From: Symbiobacteriaceae bacterium
Lineage (GTDB): Bacteria; Bacillota; JAAYKD01; WRDA01
Assembly: GCA_009783675.1 (NCBI GenBank)
Contig: WRDA01000001.1
Span: forward strand, 1-36,574
Reading direction: 5' to 3'
Length of the DNA: 36,574 nt
Shown here: piece by piece, positions 1-9,906 of the stretch
Numbering within the stretch: the stretch's first letter is position 1
Layout of the letters: each line of letters opens with the position of its first letter
Notes under the pieces: model-generated
Database searches by the model: none
What the model was told of the DNA's origin: nothing
Seen by the model: only the letters and a program-made list of their open reading frames with translations
Made by a program: the position numbers and the translations under genes

Positions 1-1083
1 ACCGAGGAGTTTACACAGAGGTTCTGCTACCATATAGATTCCTGCTGCTGCTGGCAAGCTCAGGAGAAGACCTATCTTTATCGCCGAGCGGCTATGTTCC
101 CTGACAGAGTCCGAGTTTCGCGCTGCACAAGCTTCAGCTATCGCAGGGACCAAAGAAACAAAAAGAGCTGTGCTAAGGACAGTAGGCATAGCCATTAGGC
201 TCATAGCGTTATTGGCATAGGCTCCATATGCCATGGTAGCGGAGGAAAGATCGCTTCCGGAACTCATCAGACGATTGACGATCAACAGTGAGTCAGCCAG
301 AAGATAGAGAGGCAGTCCTATTCCGGCAAACGAGATAGGAACTGCGTATCTTAAGATCTCACTGTAGGCATTAGAGGTTGGTAGTATCTTGAAGGAAGCT
401 GCCTCCTGATCAGCAATTACCGATTTCCAGGGAGAGTTGGATATTGCCCTGCGAAAGAGAAAGTGCAGGAAGAGATAAGAGCCCAAAGCACCTGCTGTCG
501 CTCCCAATGTTGCTCCGAAAGCTCCCCATTGGAGTCCGAAAGGAAGAAACAGAGCCGCTAAAACCACCATTACGATGATACGGCTGCTTTGTTCAATGAT
601 CTGAGAAAACGCATTTGGTCGCATGTTTTGAGTTCCCTGGAAGAAACCCCGATAGGCTGCTTGCCAGGAGTTACACAGGGCAGCTGGCGACATTGCCAGG
701 TAAGCCAGAAAGGCGCGATCATCCTGATGGACATAGTGTGCCAATGGCCAGGCCAGGATTGCCAGGAGGATGCTAACAGTGAAACCGAGTAGAATCATGA
801 TGCGTAAAGAGTTGTGAAATATGGATAATGCAGAAGAGTACTCCTGACGAGAAATACGTTCGGCGACGAGTTTGGAAATTGCTACATTGAAGCCTACTGA
901 GGATAAGGATATCAGGATTGCATAGATGGCGAAGGGATAGTTGTAAATTCCTACGCCCTCTTCACCAAGAATCCAGAGAATAGCCAGCTTTGAGAAAAGC
1001 CCGAGAAACTGGGAAGATAGGTTAGCAACAGTCAGGATAAATGCTCCCTGCAGGTAGGAAGGTTTTTCACTTTGGCTGACCAT
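1..1083 (-). CDS. MOP-superfamily polysaccharide/lipid-linked flippase-like membrane protein (SpoVB/MurJ/Wzx type), N-terminal 361 codons; 3' end lies beyond the window start
   Basis: Absent from the ORF track because it runs off the edge. My reverse-complement translation from ATG (1083-1081) stays open to position 1: MVSQSEKPSYLQGAFILTVANLSSQFLGLFSKLAILWILGEEGVGIYNYPFAIYAILISLSSVGFNVAISKLVAER... This is the typical N-terminus of 'polysaccharide biosynthesis protein' flippases, with many hydrophobic spans. GGAGG (1095-1091) lies 7 nt upstream of the ATG. Confidence 0.75.
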   Translation of the reverse strand, partial: MVSQSEKPSYLQGAFILTVANLSSQFLGLFSKLAILWILGEEGVGIYNYPFAIYAILISLSSVGFNVAISKLVAERISRQEYSSALSIFHNSLRIMILLGFTVSILLAILAWPLAHYVHQDDRAFLAYLAMSPAALCNSWQAAYRGFFQGTQNMRPNAFSQIIEQSSRIIVMVVLAALFLPFGLQWGAFGATLGATAGALGSYLFLHFLFRRAISNSPWKSVIADQEAASFKILPTSNAYSEILRYAVPISFAGIGLPLYLLADSLLIVNRLMSSGSDLSSATMAYGAYANNAMSLMAMPTVLSTALFVSLVPAIAEACAARNSDSVREHSRSAIKIGLLLSLPAAAGIYMVAEPLCKLLG

Positions 1084-1240
1084 CGCATCGCCTCCTTGCA
1101 CATAATCATGGGTATCCAACTGATTTTACCAGGTCTATTTCTACCTTTCCTGTCTATTATCCTGTCAGGAGAGAACGAGCCTGAAAAGAACAGGCACGAC
1201 TTTCATATGGGTGTAACTAGAAAATAAGGAGGTGTAGCCA

Positions 1241-2083
1241 GTGCTGGAAGCGCTAAATGGTATGGTATCCAATATCGCAGCCAGTTTACGACTGCAGGAT
1301 GCCATCGATATAGCCATTGTCGCCTTCCTGTTATATCGTCTTATCCTCCTCATTCGTGATACCAGAGCAATACTGCTGGTCCAGGGTATCTTCGTTATCA
1401 TTATTATTTATCTGCTTAGCTCGATATTCCAATTGCGGGCAATCAACTGGCTGATTAACCGTCTGATCCCTGCTGGAGTTCTGGCTATTCCAATTATTTT
1501 TCAGGAAGACCTGCGCAGGGGATTGGAAGTACTTGGCAGGGGCATAGCCAGCGCGGGAATCGCTGGACGAAACACCGCAATTCAAAAAGAGAGTTCTCAG
1601 GAGGAACTGGTGCGCGCTGTTGATCATTTTGCTTTGCATCGCATCGGTGCACTCATAGTTCTGGAACGGCAGACAGGTCTTCAGGACATCATCGATACAG
1701 GCATATTGCTGCAGAGTATGATCAGCTACCAGCTTCTGATTAATATTTTTATTCCTAATACGCCTTTACATGACGGCGCCTTGGTTATACGCGATGAACA
1801 CCTGGAAGCAGCGGCTTGCATTCTGCCGCTTTCCTCAAACTCAGAGATAAGTCAGGACCTCGGTACGCGTCACAGAGCAGCTATCGGATTGACCGAGAAG
1901 TCAGATGCTTTGGTGATAGTGGTCTCTGAGGAAACCGGAACCATCTCGCTGGCTCAGGATGGTAAGCTCACTCGTTATCTTGACGGAGCAATGCTCAGCA
2001 CCATGTTGCAGGATCATTTCGAGTTGAAAGGCAGAAGATCGATATGGTGGAGCTGGTTAAACGGAGAGCAAAAAGATGATTAA
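1241..2083 (+). CDS. cdaA: Diadenylate cyclase CdaA (membrane-anchored, DisA_N/DAC domain)
   Basis: GTG start 6 nt after AAGGAGGTG (1226-1234). Three N-terminal TM helices are followed by DAC-domain motifs HDGALVIRD and LGTRHRAAIGLTEKSDALVIVVSEETGTISL. The conserved cdaA-cdaR-glmM order follows. Confidence 0.93.
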   Translation: MLEALNGMVSNIAASLRLQDAIDIAIVAFLLYRLILLIRDTRAILLVQGIFVIIIIYLLSSIFQLRAINWLINRLIPAGVLAIPIIFQEDLRRGLEVLGRGIASAGIAGRNTAIQKESSQEELVRAVDHFALHRIGALIVLERQTGLQDIIDTGILLQSMISYQLLINIFIPNTPLHDGALVIRDEHLEAAACILPLSSNSEISQDLGTRHRAAIGLTEKSDALVIVVSEETGTISLAQDGKLTRYLDGAMLSTMLQDHFELKGRRSIWWSWLNGEQKDD

Positions 2084-3281
2084 TCGACTTTTGAAGAATA
2101 ATAATTACGCAAAGCTGCTGTCTGTGTTGCTCTCGCTTCTTATCTGGGGTGTCGCTTTCTCGGAGGAACAGCCTTTCACCGCCAATCAATCTTTTGTTAA
2201 TGAAAGCAAAGTGTTTCTGGACATACCAATTCATCTGGTAGGTATTAAGGATGATCTCTCCTATCTTCTCAGCAGTGAGACAGTTGAAAGCCTCAGTCTC
2301 AGCGGTCCGGCGGCCTGGATTGACGCAGTCGCCGGTGTAGGAGCATATGTCGATCTGAGTCAGATTGATGAAGAAGGGGAATACATTGTCGAGGTTTACA
2401 TCGAGAAACTGGATCGGTTGAGGGTAACGACATGCTACCCCGAAAGGGTGACTGTCTTTGTGGAAGCAGTTATTGAACATGAATTCGACGTGTTTGCCGA
2501 ATATACTGGTTCTTTAGCTCCTGGTTTCTATTTGCAAAACTATCCGGAAATAATACCGGATCGGGTCACTGTCAGGGGCCTGCGTTCGGATATCGAAGCT
2601 ATCTTCAGCGTTACTGTTATTATTGATTTGGACGATTCAACCCACAGCCTGACTAAAGAAGCCTCGTTATTATTAAAAGGTTATGCAGGAGAAATGCTGG
2701 TGCTCAACAATTACGAGCTTGATCCATCAACGGTGTTGATGATTCAGGAAGTAACCACCAGTATAGATCTGGAGGTTATTATTGGAGAGATTCAGCTACC
2801 TCCACAGATTACCCTCCTTGGTGTATGGACTAGTCCCGACCACCTGCCGGTTTATGTAGTAGTGGAGGAAGTAGCACAAATCGATGATCTTGTCCTTGAG
2901 AGTCTGGACATCGGTGGCGCTGACTTACAGCAGTTATGGCGATGGGGTATTCGGGAAGATCACCTGCTCTATCAGGTTCTGCAGGAGAGTGAAGAGATTC
3001 AACCACCTTCGGGTACGAGATTCAGCCAGGAAATGACTGTGGAACTAATTCTACCGCCTGGGGTACGCTGGGCTAACAGTATGCCGGGGACTCCAGTGAT
3101 TATTACTGTCACTCTCGATCTGGAAGTGAGCGCAGATGAAACTCAACTCAACATGGAAGACCTGGCAGAGTCTGATGGCGAAGATTCATCTGAGGAAACG
3201 AACCAACCAATTGGTTCTGAAGATGGTGTTGAGGACCAGGAAGAAGATTCAACTTCGGAGGAGCCTGACGGAGGAGCATGA
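2076..3281 (+). CDS. cdaR: CdaA regulatory protein CdaR (YbbR-repeat protein) with an acidic C-terminal tail
   Basis: The ATG overlaps the cdaA stop by 8 nt. There is an N-terminal TM segment (LLSVLLSLLIWGVAF) and repeated beta-rich YbbR-like segments. Its position between cdaA and glmM is diagnostic in Firmicutes. Confidence 0.8.
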   Translation: MINRLLKNNNYAKLLSVLLSLLIWGVAFSEEQPFTANQSFVNESKVFLDIPIHLVGIKDDLSYLLSSETVESLSLSGPAAWIDAVAGVGAYVDLSQIDEEGEYIVEVYIEKLDRLRVTTCYPERVTVFVEAVIEHEFDVFAEYTGSLAPGFYLQNYPEIIPDRVTVRGLRSDIEAIFSVTVIIDLDDSTHSLTKEASLLLKGYAGEMLVLNNYELDPSTVLMIQEVTTSIDLEVIIGEIQLPPQITLLGVWTSPDHLPVYVVVEEVAQIDDLVLESLDIGGADLQQLWRWGIREDHLLYQVLQESEEIQPPSGTRFSQEMTVELILPPGVRWANSMPGTPVIITVTLDLEVSADETQLNMEDLAESDGEDSSEETNQPIGSEDGVEDQEEDSTSEEPDGGA

Positions 3282-3315
3282 GAGATAAACCTCTCAGATG
3301 AAAGGATGGTTTAAC

Positions 3316-4680
3316 ATGGCAAGACTATTTGGTACAGATGGAGTAAGAGGCATCGCTAATCTTGAGTTAACACCCGAGCTTGCATTTCGCATTGGCAGAG
3401 CGGGTGCCTACGCCCTGGGAGCGGAATGTGGCAGTGCATCACATCCGGTTATCGTAGTTGGCAGAGACACCAGAGTGTCCGGTGATATGCTGCAGCAAGC
3501 TCTTTGCGCTGGAATTCTCTCGGCAGGAGCAGAAGCCATCGATCTTGGCGTAGCAACCACTCCTGCTGTGGCCTGGTTGGCGAGGAACTTGCCTGTCCAA
3601 GCAGGGGTGGTCATCTCGGCTTCGCATAACCCGGTGCAAGATAATGGTATAAAGTTCTTTTCGCATCAGGGGTATAAGCTGTCAGACGACTTAGAGAACG
3701 AGATCGAAGCACTCATTCCCTGGGAACCTCTGAGCAGCGAACGTCCGGTTGGTGCAGCTGTGGGGCGCTTGCATCGGGATCCTGCACTGATTAGCAAATA
3801 TCTTGACTATCTTTCCTCCCTGGACGGTTTGTCTCTGGAAGGTCTGCGTATCGCCATAGATTGCGCAAATGGAGCATCTTCTCATCTTGCTTTACCGCTC
3901 TATGAAAAAATGGGCGCTCAGGTATTTATAATTCATAACCAGCCGAATGGGGTTAACATCAACGACGGCTGCGGATCGACTCATCCCGAGAGTTTGCAGC
4001 GGTTTGTGATGGAGAACAGCTTGGATTTAGGACTTTGTTTCGACGGAGATGCAGACCGCTGTCTCGCTACGGATGCTAAGGGCAACATGCTGGATGGTGA
4101 CCAGATAATGGTCATTTTGGCGCTGGCTATGCAGGAGCAGGGCAAACTGCCTGGCGATACAGTCGTGGCTACTGTAATGAGTAACCTTGGTTTCCACCAG
4201 GCTTTGAGCAGGCACGGCATAAAGGTGTTCACTACCAAAGTAGGTGATCGCTATGTTCTCGAAGCCATGAAGGAACATGGGTATGGCTTGGGAGGAGAAC
4301 AGGCGGGACATATCATCGTCAGCGAACTGGCATCCACAGGCGATGGCCTGCTAAGCGGTCTCCTTCTGGCTAACAGGGTGAGACAGACTGGTAGTACTCT
4401 GGAGGAACTGGCTGCGACTATGACGCTTCTGCCACAAGTGTTGATAAACACCAGGGTGGCAGATAAAGAGGGAGTAATGATGGATCCTGCTTTTATCGAG
4501 GCGATAAAACTGGCAGAAACTGAGCTTAGCGATCGAGGTCGTATATTGATTCGACCTTCTGGTACTGAAGCGTTATTAAGAGTAATGGTGGAAGCAACCA
4601 AAGAGGAAGAGGCGAGAGGTGTCGCCGAGAAACTGGCTGGTGAGGCGCAAAGGTTGAGTCCTTTTTCCGCCACGAAATGA
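3316..4680 (+). CDS. glmM: Phosphoglucosamine mutase GlmM
   Basis: MARLFGTDGVRGIAN N-terminus, phosphoserine loop ISASHNP, metal loop FDGDADR and GGEQAGH. The ORF opens at 3298, but ATG 3316 matches the ortholog N-termini. Confidence 0.93.
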   Translation: MARLFGTDGVRGIANLELTPELAFRIGRAGAYALGAECGSASHPVIVVGRDTRVSGDMLQQALCAGILSAGAEAIDLGVATTPAVAWLARNLPVQAGVVISASHNPVQDNGIKFFSHQGYKLSDDLENEIEALIPWEPLSSERPVGAAVGRLHRDPALISKYLDYLSSLDGLSLEGLRIAIDCANGASSHLALPLYEKMGAQVFIIHNQPNGVNINDGCGSTHPESLQRFVMENSLDLGLCFDGDADRCLATDAKGNMLDGDQIMVILALAMQEQGKLPGDTVVATVMSNLGFHQALSRHGIKVFTTKVGDRYVLEAMKEHGYGLGGEQAGHIIVSELASTGDGLLSGLLLANRVRQTGSTLEELAATMTLLPQVLINTRVADKEGVMMDPAFIEAIKLAETELSDRGRILIRPSGTEALLRVMVEATKEEEARGVAEKLAGEAQRLSPFSATK

Positions 4681-4690
4681 GGTCGCTGAA

Positions 4691-5875
4691 GTGACATCTG
4701 AACTCAATTCTCTTAGTGAAAAAATAGCAAAGTATGTAGATACATTTGCTGAAACTCTCACTGCTTTTGTGACTGATCTGGTTCGCATCCCGAGTCAGAC
4801 TGGCTCTGAAGAGCAAGTTGCCCGTTTTATTGCGCAAACTATGACTGATCTTGGCTACGATGAAGTCAGCATCGACGAGTACGGCTCAGTAATTGGTCGG
4901 GTGGGCACAGGGGAACAAAAGATTCTTTTCGATGGCCATATCGATACAGTCGCCGTTAATGATGCTGATCTATGGTTGGAGCCGCCGTTTGGCGGAAACT
5001 TAATAGGAGATCGCCTATATGGCAGAGGCGCATCGGATATGAAGGGAGCGGTAGCTGCTACAGTGTTTATGGCAGCAGCCGCCAGAGACCTGGGACTGCT
5101 GCAGGGAAAATCCTTATACATAAGTGCCTCTTCTCTGGAAGAAGACTTTGACGGAGAATCTTTGTTCCATATATGTAAGTCCGTTAGACCCGATGCAGTC
5201 TTAATCTGTGAACCATCTCAGAACAACATCGTACTGGGGCAAAAAGGCAGAGCAGTACTGAGAATCGATTTTAGCGGAGTATCGGCGCATGGTTCTGCAC
5301 CTGAAGATGGCATTAACGCCATTTATAAGGCTTCCGAAATCATTTCGCGTATTAGCCACAAGGCGGATGAATTGCATGCCACCCCCGGCAGTGGTTCACT
5401 GGCACTGACCTGTATTGAAAGCGAAGCGGTCTCTCTAAATGCAGTGCCTGCCCGCTGCTCTCTTTATCTGGACAGACGCCTTCAGCCAGGAGAGGATCTG
5501 GATTTCATTACTGCCGAAATGGATGAGCTTCTGAGTGGTTCTGATGCTGAATGGTCAGTTCATACCTCGGTTGGAACTGCCTGGACCGGTACTAAAGTAT
5601 CTCTTTTTTCCTTTTTACCTGCCTGGGAGATACCTTTACATCATCCCCTGACTGAGGCGATGTTTTCAGCGTTCAGAGAAGCATTCTTTATAGAGCCACA
5701 GACCAGACGTTGGGATTTCTCCACCAATGGAGTGGCCTCAGCTAAGTTGGGGATCCCGACAATAGGTTTTGGTCCGGGAGACGATAAACTTGCTCATACT
5801 CGTGATGAGTATGTTTCGGTCAGCCAGATCCTGAAGGCATGCGAGTTTTGGTTACACTTACTGTTGTACCTTTAG
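4691..5875 (+). CDS. YgeY-family M20 metallohydrolase (ArgE/DapE/CPG2-related)
   Basis: GTG start 10 nt after the glmM stop. M20 motifs GHIDTV and GRGASDMKG are present. The C-terminal block WDFSTNGVASAKLGIPTIGFGPGDDKLAHTRDE closely parallels my recollection of E. coli YgeY (WTFSTNGV...GIPVIGFGPG...AH). Confidence 0.8.
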   Translation: MTSELNSLSEKIAKYVDTFAETLTAFVTDLVRIPSQTGSEEQVARFIAQTMTDLGYDEVSIDEYGSVIGRVGTGEQKILFDGHIDTVAVNDADLWLEPPFGGNLIGDRLYGRGASDMKGAVAATVFMAAAARDLGLLQGKSLYISASSLEEDFDGESLFHICKSVRPDAVLICEPSQNNIVLGQKGRAVLRIDFSGVSAHGSAPEDGINAIYKASEIISRISHKADELHATPGSGSLALTCIESEAVSLNAVPARCSLYLDRRLQPGEDLDFITAEMDELLSGSDAEWSVHTSVGTAWTGTKVSLFSFLPAWEIPLHHPLTEAMFSAFREAFFIEPQTRRWDFSTNGVASAKLGIPTIGFGPGDDKLAHTRDEYVSVSQILKACEFWLHLLLYL

Positions 5876-5890
5876 CAGAGGAGGGATTGT

Positions 5891-6388
5891 ATGTATCAGG
5901 TTAAAATAACAGCGGAGTCTTCAGAAGAGTTCTATACTAAGCTGCTGGAGTTCACCGACGTTTTGTGCCTCACTGAAAGGCATTGGTTGGCTAATCTCAG
6001 TAATGTCGCCGCTCTAATCGGGATGAACATGAAAGAGATCAACTGGGCTGGATTCTACTTGAGAAGCCAGGGGATGTTAATCCTTGGTCCTTTTTGGGGT
6101 AAACCGGCATGTACCCGCATTCCCATAGGCATTGGAGTATGTGGTACTGCCGCAGCAACCTTGCTCCCTCAGCTGGTGGATGATGTTCACTTGTTTCCTG
6201 GTCATATTTCCTGTGACGATCAATCCAGGTCGGAAATTGTCATTCCTTTTCTGTCGCCTGCAGGTAGTCTCCTGGGGGTTTTGGATATCGATTCACCTCT
6301 ATACAGGCGGTTCACAGATGAGGATCTGCAGGGCTTAACGGCTATACTTGCACGCCTGATCGCTGCCTGCGACTGGACAGAGCTATGA
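5891..6388 (+). CDS. GAF-domain protein, free methionine-(R)-sulfoxide reductase-like (YebR/MsrC family)
   Basis: 165 aa with NWAGFYL, GPFWGKPACTRIPIGIGVCGTAA and HLFPGHISCDDQSRSEIVIP, characteristic of the single-GAF YebR/fRMsr family. Confidence 0.8.
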   Translation: MYQVKITAESSEEFYTKLLEFTDVLCLTERHWLANLSNVAALIGMNMKEINWAGFYLRSQGMLILGPFWGKPACTRIPIGIGVCGTAAATLLPQLVDDVHLFPGHISCDDQSRSEIVIPFLSPAGSLLGVLDIDSPLYRRFTDEDLQGLTAILARLIAACDWTEL

Positions 6389-7494
6389 GCAGACGGATAA
6401 TGATCCTGACTTCCTATATCACAGGAGCAGGGCATAAGAGCATAACTGAAGCCTTGGTCGAGGAACTTGTAAAATTCCCGGATGTCCAGGTAGAGATCGT
6501 CGAAGGCTTCGACCTGGGAGGAAAAGCCAACCGCAAAGTAGGGGAGATGTATGGAACAGTAACCCGCAATGCGAAACCCTTGTGGGGTCTGATCTGGGAT
6601 ATGCAGTCTTTGGCTCCGGATACCTTAAACCAGGTGATGGCTCAGCGTATCGAACGTCGCTTCCTGGAGCGACTGCACGCTTTCCAGCCAGATTTACTGC
6701 TATCTGTTCACGCTATGTTTGTCGGCTCGATTATCAACATATTAGAAAAAGAGAAACTGGAGATTCCTTTCGTGACTCTGTTGGCAGATTTGGTATCCAT
6801 AGCCGACCTCTGGATAGATAAGCGTTGTACTTGGACTCTTTGCCCTTCTGAAGAGTCCTATAAGCTGCTGGCAGAGCAATGGCAGGTTCCCGAGTCCAGG
6901 CTTTGGCGATGCAATTTTCCCATCCGTCAGCGCTTCTACGATCCTGATAGAGAGCATCCTGATCGTGAGTATAAATCGGGTGATTCTTTACGGGTGCTCA
7001 TCATGAGCGGAGGCGAAGGCAGTGGGAATCTACGGCGCACCGCAGAGTTGATTTTGCTGAGTTTCCCCAAGAGTCAGGTGACTGTGATAGCAGGCAGAAA
7101 CCAGAAAATTCAGCAATTTTTAACGTCTGAGTTGAAGCCAAGATTTGGTGATCGTATTGAGATCATCGGGTTTGTCGACAATGTTCAGGACTATATGCAT
7201 GCAGCAGATATCGCGGTGGTTCGTGGGTCACCCAACACCCTCCTGGAAGGAGTAATGTGCAACACTCCTCTCCTGGTGGTAGGTGCTTTGCCTGGCCAGG
7301 AGGCGGCTAATCCAGCCTATGTCTTGAAGAACGATCTTGGAGCCGTCTGCGACGGTAACCGAAATATCGTGCAGGTCATAGAACAGTTACTTGCTTACAG
7401 CGGAGCGCAACTCTCAGCCATACGCAAAGCGCAGAGAGCATTTCGCAAACCTCAGGCGGCAAGGGATATAGCTGAGTTCCTTGTCCACCTGTAA
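6385..7494 (+). CDS. MGDG-synthase-family glycosyltransferase (GT28; diacylglycerol glycosyltransferase, UgtP-like role)
   Basis: ATGA overlap with the preceding gene. The N-terminus ILTSYITGAGHKSITEAL is typical of the MGDG_synth domain. The C-terminal GT-B half reads GFVDNVQDYMHAADIAVVRGSPNTLLEG...PGQEAANP. Confidence 0.8.
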   Translation: MSRRIMILTSYITGAGHKSITEALVEELVKFPDVQVEIVEGFDLGGKANRKVGEMYGTVTRNAKPLWGLIWDMQSLAPDTLNQVMAQRIERRFLERLHAFQPDLLLSVHAMFVGSIINILEKEKLEIPFVTLLADLVSIADLWIDKRCTWTLCPSEESYKLLAEQWQVPESRLWRCNFPIRQRFYDPDREHPDREYKSGDSLRVLIMSGGEGSGNLRRTAELILLSFPKSQVTVIAGRNQKIQQFLTSELKPRFGDRIEIIGFVDNVQDYMHAADIAVVRGSPNTLLEGVMCNTPLLVVGALPGQEAANPAYVLKNDLGAVCDGNRNIVQVIEQLLAYSGAQLSAIRKAQRAFRKPQAARDIAEFLVHL

Positions 7495-7541
7495 GTAGAT
7501 GGAGACATGGTTATGCTAGGCTGCAAGAGAAAGGTAACGCA

Positions 7542-8120
7542 ATGGAAATAGTTACGGTTGGCTACGAAGATAATCCTGTTTTTCTCGATTCTTTTCTCCA
7601 CTGTATGCAGGAGGTTGATGCCTTCGTAGAGATCTCAGAGCTGGCCTCCCGGCGGGGGATGACTCTGCGTGAGTACGGTGGGCCTGTCTGGGCGGCCTGT
7701 CATCACTCAGGTGAAGTACGAGGCATCTTCGATGCTCGGAGGCGTCTGATCGCCTTTACTCTCTATATGCGCCTCTGTACGATTGAGAGAGATGAACCAG
7801 GAGCTTATGCAGCTTTGTTCGAACCACCATTTCCGCCTGAATTGCTGGTCAAGATGCGGGAGCTCGGTGATGACATGCTTTACCTTCTTGGCATAGGGGT
7901 ATATCCTGAGTACCGCAGACAGGGTATTGCCAAGAGGATGATAGCTGATATCACAGCCAGGTATGGCAGATATGGCATCATGGCAGACGTATCTGGTGAT
8001 ATTTCATTGCAAATCTATCGTGATTACGGCTTCATAATTCAACGGCTTCCTAGTCCATATCCTTATTATTTCGTCTTCCGCAAACCTCCTGGGGGGTTAT
8101 CCAACGAAGGAATAATCTAA
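7542..8120 (+). CDS. GNAT-family N-acetyltransferase
   Basis: Acetyl-CoA binding motif GIGVYPEYRRQGIAKRMI (R/Q-x-x-G-x-A/G) and a 192 aa size. An AGAAAGG RBS precedes the ATG. Confidence 0.7.
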   Translation: MEIVTVGYEDNPVFLDSFLHCMQEVDAFVEISELASRRGMTLREYGGPVWAACHHSGEVRGIFDARRRLIAFTLYMRLCTIERDEPGAYAALFEPPFPPELLVKMRELGDDMLYLLGIGVYPEYRRQGIAKRMIADITARYGRYGIMADVSGDISLQIYRDYGFIIQRLPSPYPYYFVFRKPPGGLSNEGII

Positions 8121-8136
8121 GGTAAAGGATGATTCT

Positions 8137-9906
8137 TTGGCACCATCGCTATCGTTATATCTTAACCTTTTTAGGCGTTACCTTTTACATGACTGGTTAC
8201 GGTTAAGTCTCCTGGTCATTCTGACCATAGGAGGCTTGATTTTTCGCGTCTGGGCACCTCAGTGGTTGCGAGTGTATGTCGATGCTGCTGTACAGGCCGA
8301 AGGGACAGAGTTATTGCTGCGCGCAACTTTCTTTTTCACCTGCTGCAGCCTTATTCGCCATGCTTGCACCATAGCTTCGCGTATTATCAGCGAAAGCATA
8401 GGCCTAAGAGCTACGGACGCACTGCGCAGTGATGCAGTCGCTCATTGCCTTTCACTGGATCTCAGTTACCACAAGGAACGCACCGCAGGTGAAATGATCA
8501 GTCGCCTGGACCATGACCTTAACAGTATTTCCGATTTCTTTAGCAAGTTCTGGAGTGGCATCTTAGTCAGCGTGTTTGCTCTGCTTCTTGCTTTACTGGT
8601 CATCTGGCTCGAGCTTGCGTGTCTCGGTGTTGTTTTGGCGATCTCCACCTCTTTGTCACTCTACGGGTTACTGAAGCTAAAGGACTTTACGGTGCCTTAT
8701 TTAGTGTCGGAAATGCCGGCTATGGCAGATCATTATGGCACTTTGGAGGAACAGTTCACTGCTGCTGAAGCCTTGCAGGCAAACGGTGCTCTCGGTTACA
8801 CCCGCAGACGATTTAACGAGACCCTGGCAGTCTGGAGAACCACCCATCGTAATGCCTATCTGGCATATAATGCTATGTGGAGTGGTATGCAGATAGCGTT
8901 TTCCATTAACACGGTAATCGCCTTTGCTGTCTGTTACCTTTACTGGCGGCAAGGTGCAATTGAGATAGGTACTGCCTTTATGTTGGTCGCCTATAGTGAA
9001 CAGCTTCGGCAACCTCTGAGTGAGTTACGCCAGAGGTTCTCGGATCTGCAGAGAGCGGATGCGGCAATGATACGTCTGGGAGAGACCTTAGCAACAAAAT
9101 CATCTCTGGGTGACGAAGGTATTCTGGAATTAGGATCAACAGCTGTAGCTGTGACCTTCGACAGGGTTCAGTTTGCTTATTCAGATGAGCAGGCAGTACT
9201 AAACGAACTAAGCTTCCATCTTTCCGCTGGTAAGACTCTGGGGCTTCTGGGAAGAACCGGTAGTGGCAAATCCACCCTGGTAAGGCTACTCATGCGCTTT
9301 TATGAACCGCAGTCGGGTCGGGTTCTTTTAGGCGAGACTCCGCTGCATGATTATACTTTGCAAAGCCTGCGGCGAAGCATCGCATATGTCTCTCAGGAAG
9401 TACAGCTCTTTCGCACATCTCTCAGAGACAATCTGACTTTCTTCGACAAGAGCATCTCGGATGATGATCTGTTACACGCTTTGGAGATACTGGGTTTACA
9501 GGATTGGCTAACCGAACTTCCTCAAGGGCTGGATAGTGTTTTGGGCTCCGATTTTGGTCTCTCTGCGGGAGAGAGCCAACTGGTAGCCTTAACCAGAGCC
9601 TTTCTTAAGCAACCGGTGCTGGTTATCCTCGATGAAGCTTCTGCTCGCCTGGATCCCATCACCGAGCGACGTGTCTCTCTGGCGATGCAGTTACTGCTGC
9701 AGGGAAGAACGGGAATAATCATCGCTCATCGCCTCCACACTCTGGAGGGAGTCGACAAGATCCTGATCCTTGAGAGAGGAAGTATAGCGGAGTTTGGCGA
9801 TTACGAGACATTGAAGGATGACCCTTCGTCTCTGTTCGCTATGCTCCTGAAGGAAGCTGATGAAGGATTGTTGAGTGACATCTCTGACAGGGAGGTGACT
9901 GCATGA
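8137..9906 (+). CDS. ABC exporter, fused permease/ATPase half-transporter (subunit with non-canonical signature motif)
   Basis: TTG start 7 nt after AAAGGA. It has a six-TM type I exporter domain. NBD motifs are Walker A GRTGSGKST, signature LSAGES (not LSGGQ), Walker B VLVILDEAS and H-loop AHRL. Confidence 0.9.
   Translation: MAPSLSLYLNLFRRYLLHDWLRLSLLVILTIGGLIFRVWAPQWLRVYVDAAVQAEGTELLLRATFFFTCCSLIRHACTIASRIISESIGLRATDALRSDAVAHCLSLDLSYHKERTAGEMISRLDHDLNSISDFFSKFWSGILVSVFALLLALLVIWLELACLGVVLAISTSLSLYGLLKLKDFTVPYLVSEMPAMADHYGTLEEQFTAAEALQANGALGYTRRRFNETLAVWRTTHRNAYLAYNAMWSGMQIAFSINTVIAFAVCYLYWRQGAIEIGTAFMLVAYSEQLRQPLSELRQRFSDLQRADAAMIRLGETLATKSSLGDEGILELGSTAVAVTFDRVQFAYSDEQAVLNELSFHLSAGKTLGLLGRTGSGKSTLVRLLMRFYEPQSGRVLLGETPLHDYTLQSLRRSIAYVSQEVQLFRTSLRDNLTFFDKSISDDDLLHALEILGLQDWLTELPQGLDSVLGSDFGLSAGESQLVALTRAFLKQPVLVILDEASARLDPITERRVSLAMQLLLQGRTGIIIAHRLHTLEGVDKILILERGSIAEFGDYETLKDDPSSLFAMLLKEADEGLLSDISDREVTA

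Noticed and set aside
1159-1182. Direct repeat TCCTGTC-N5-TCCTGTC in the flippase/cdaA divergent intergenic region
   Set aside because: The repeat is short and sits in a pyrimidine-rich region, and I could not identify convincing -35/-10 boxes around it. The evidence is too weak to call a regulatory site.
3298-3315. Upstream ATG start for glmM (MKGWFN extension)
   Set aside because: Orthologous GlmM proteins begin at M-x-x-x-FGTDGVRG. ATG 3316 follows an AAGGA-like RBS, and the extension has none.
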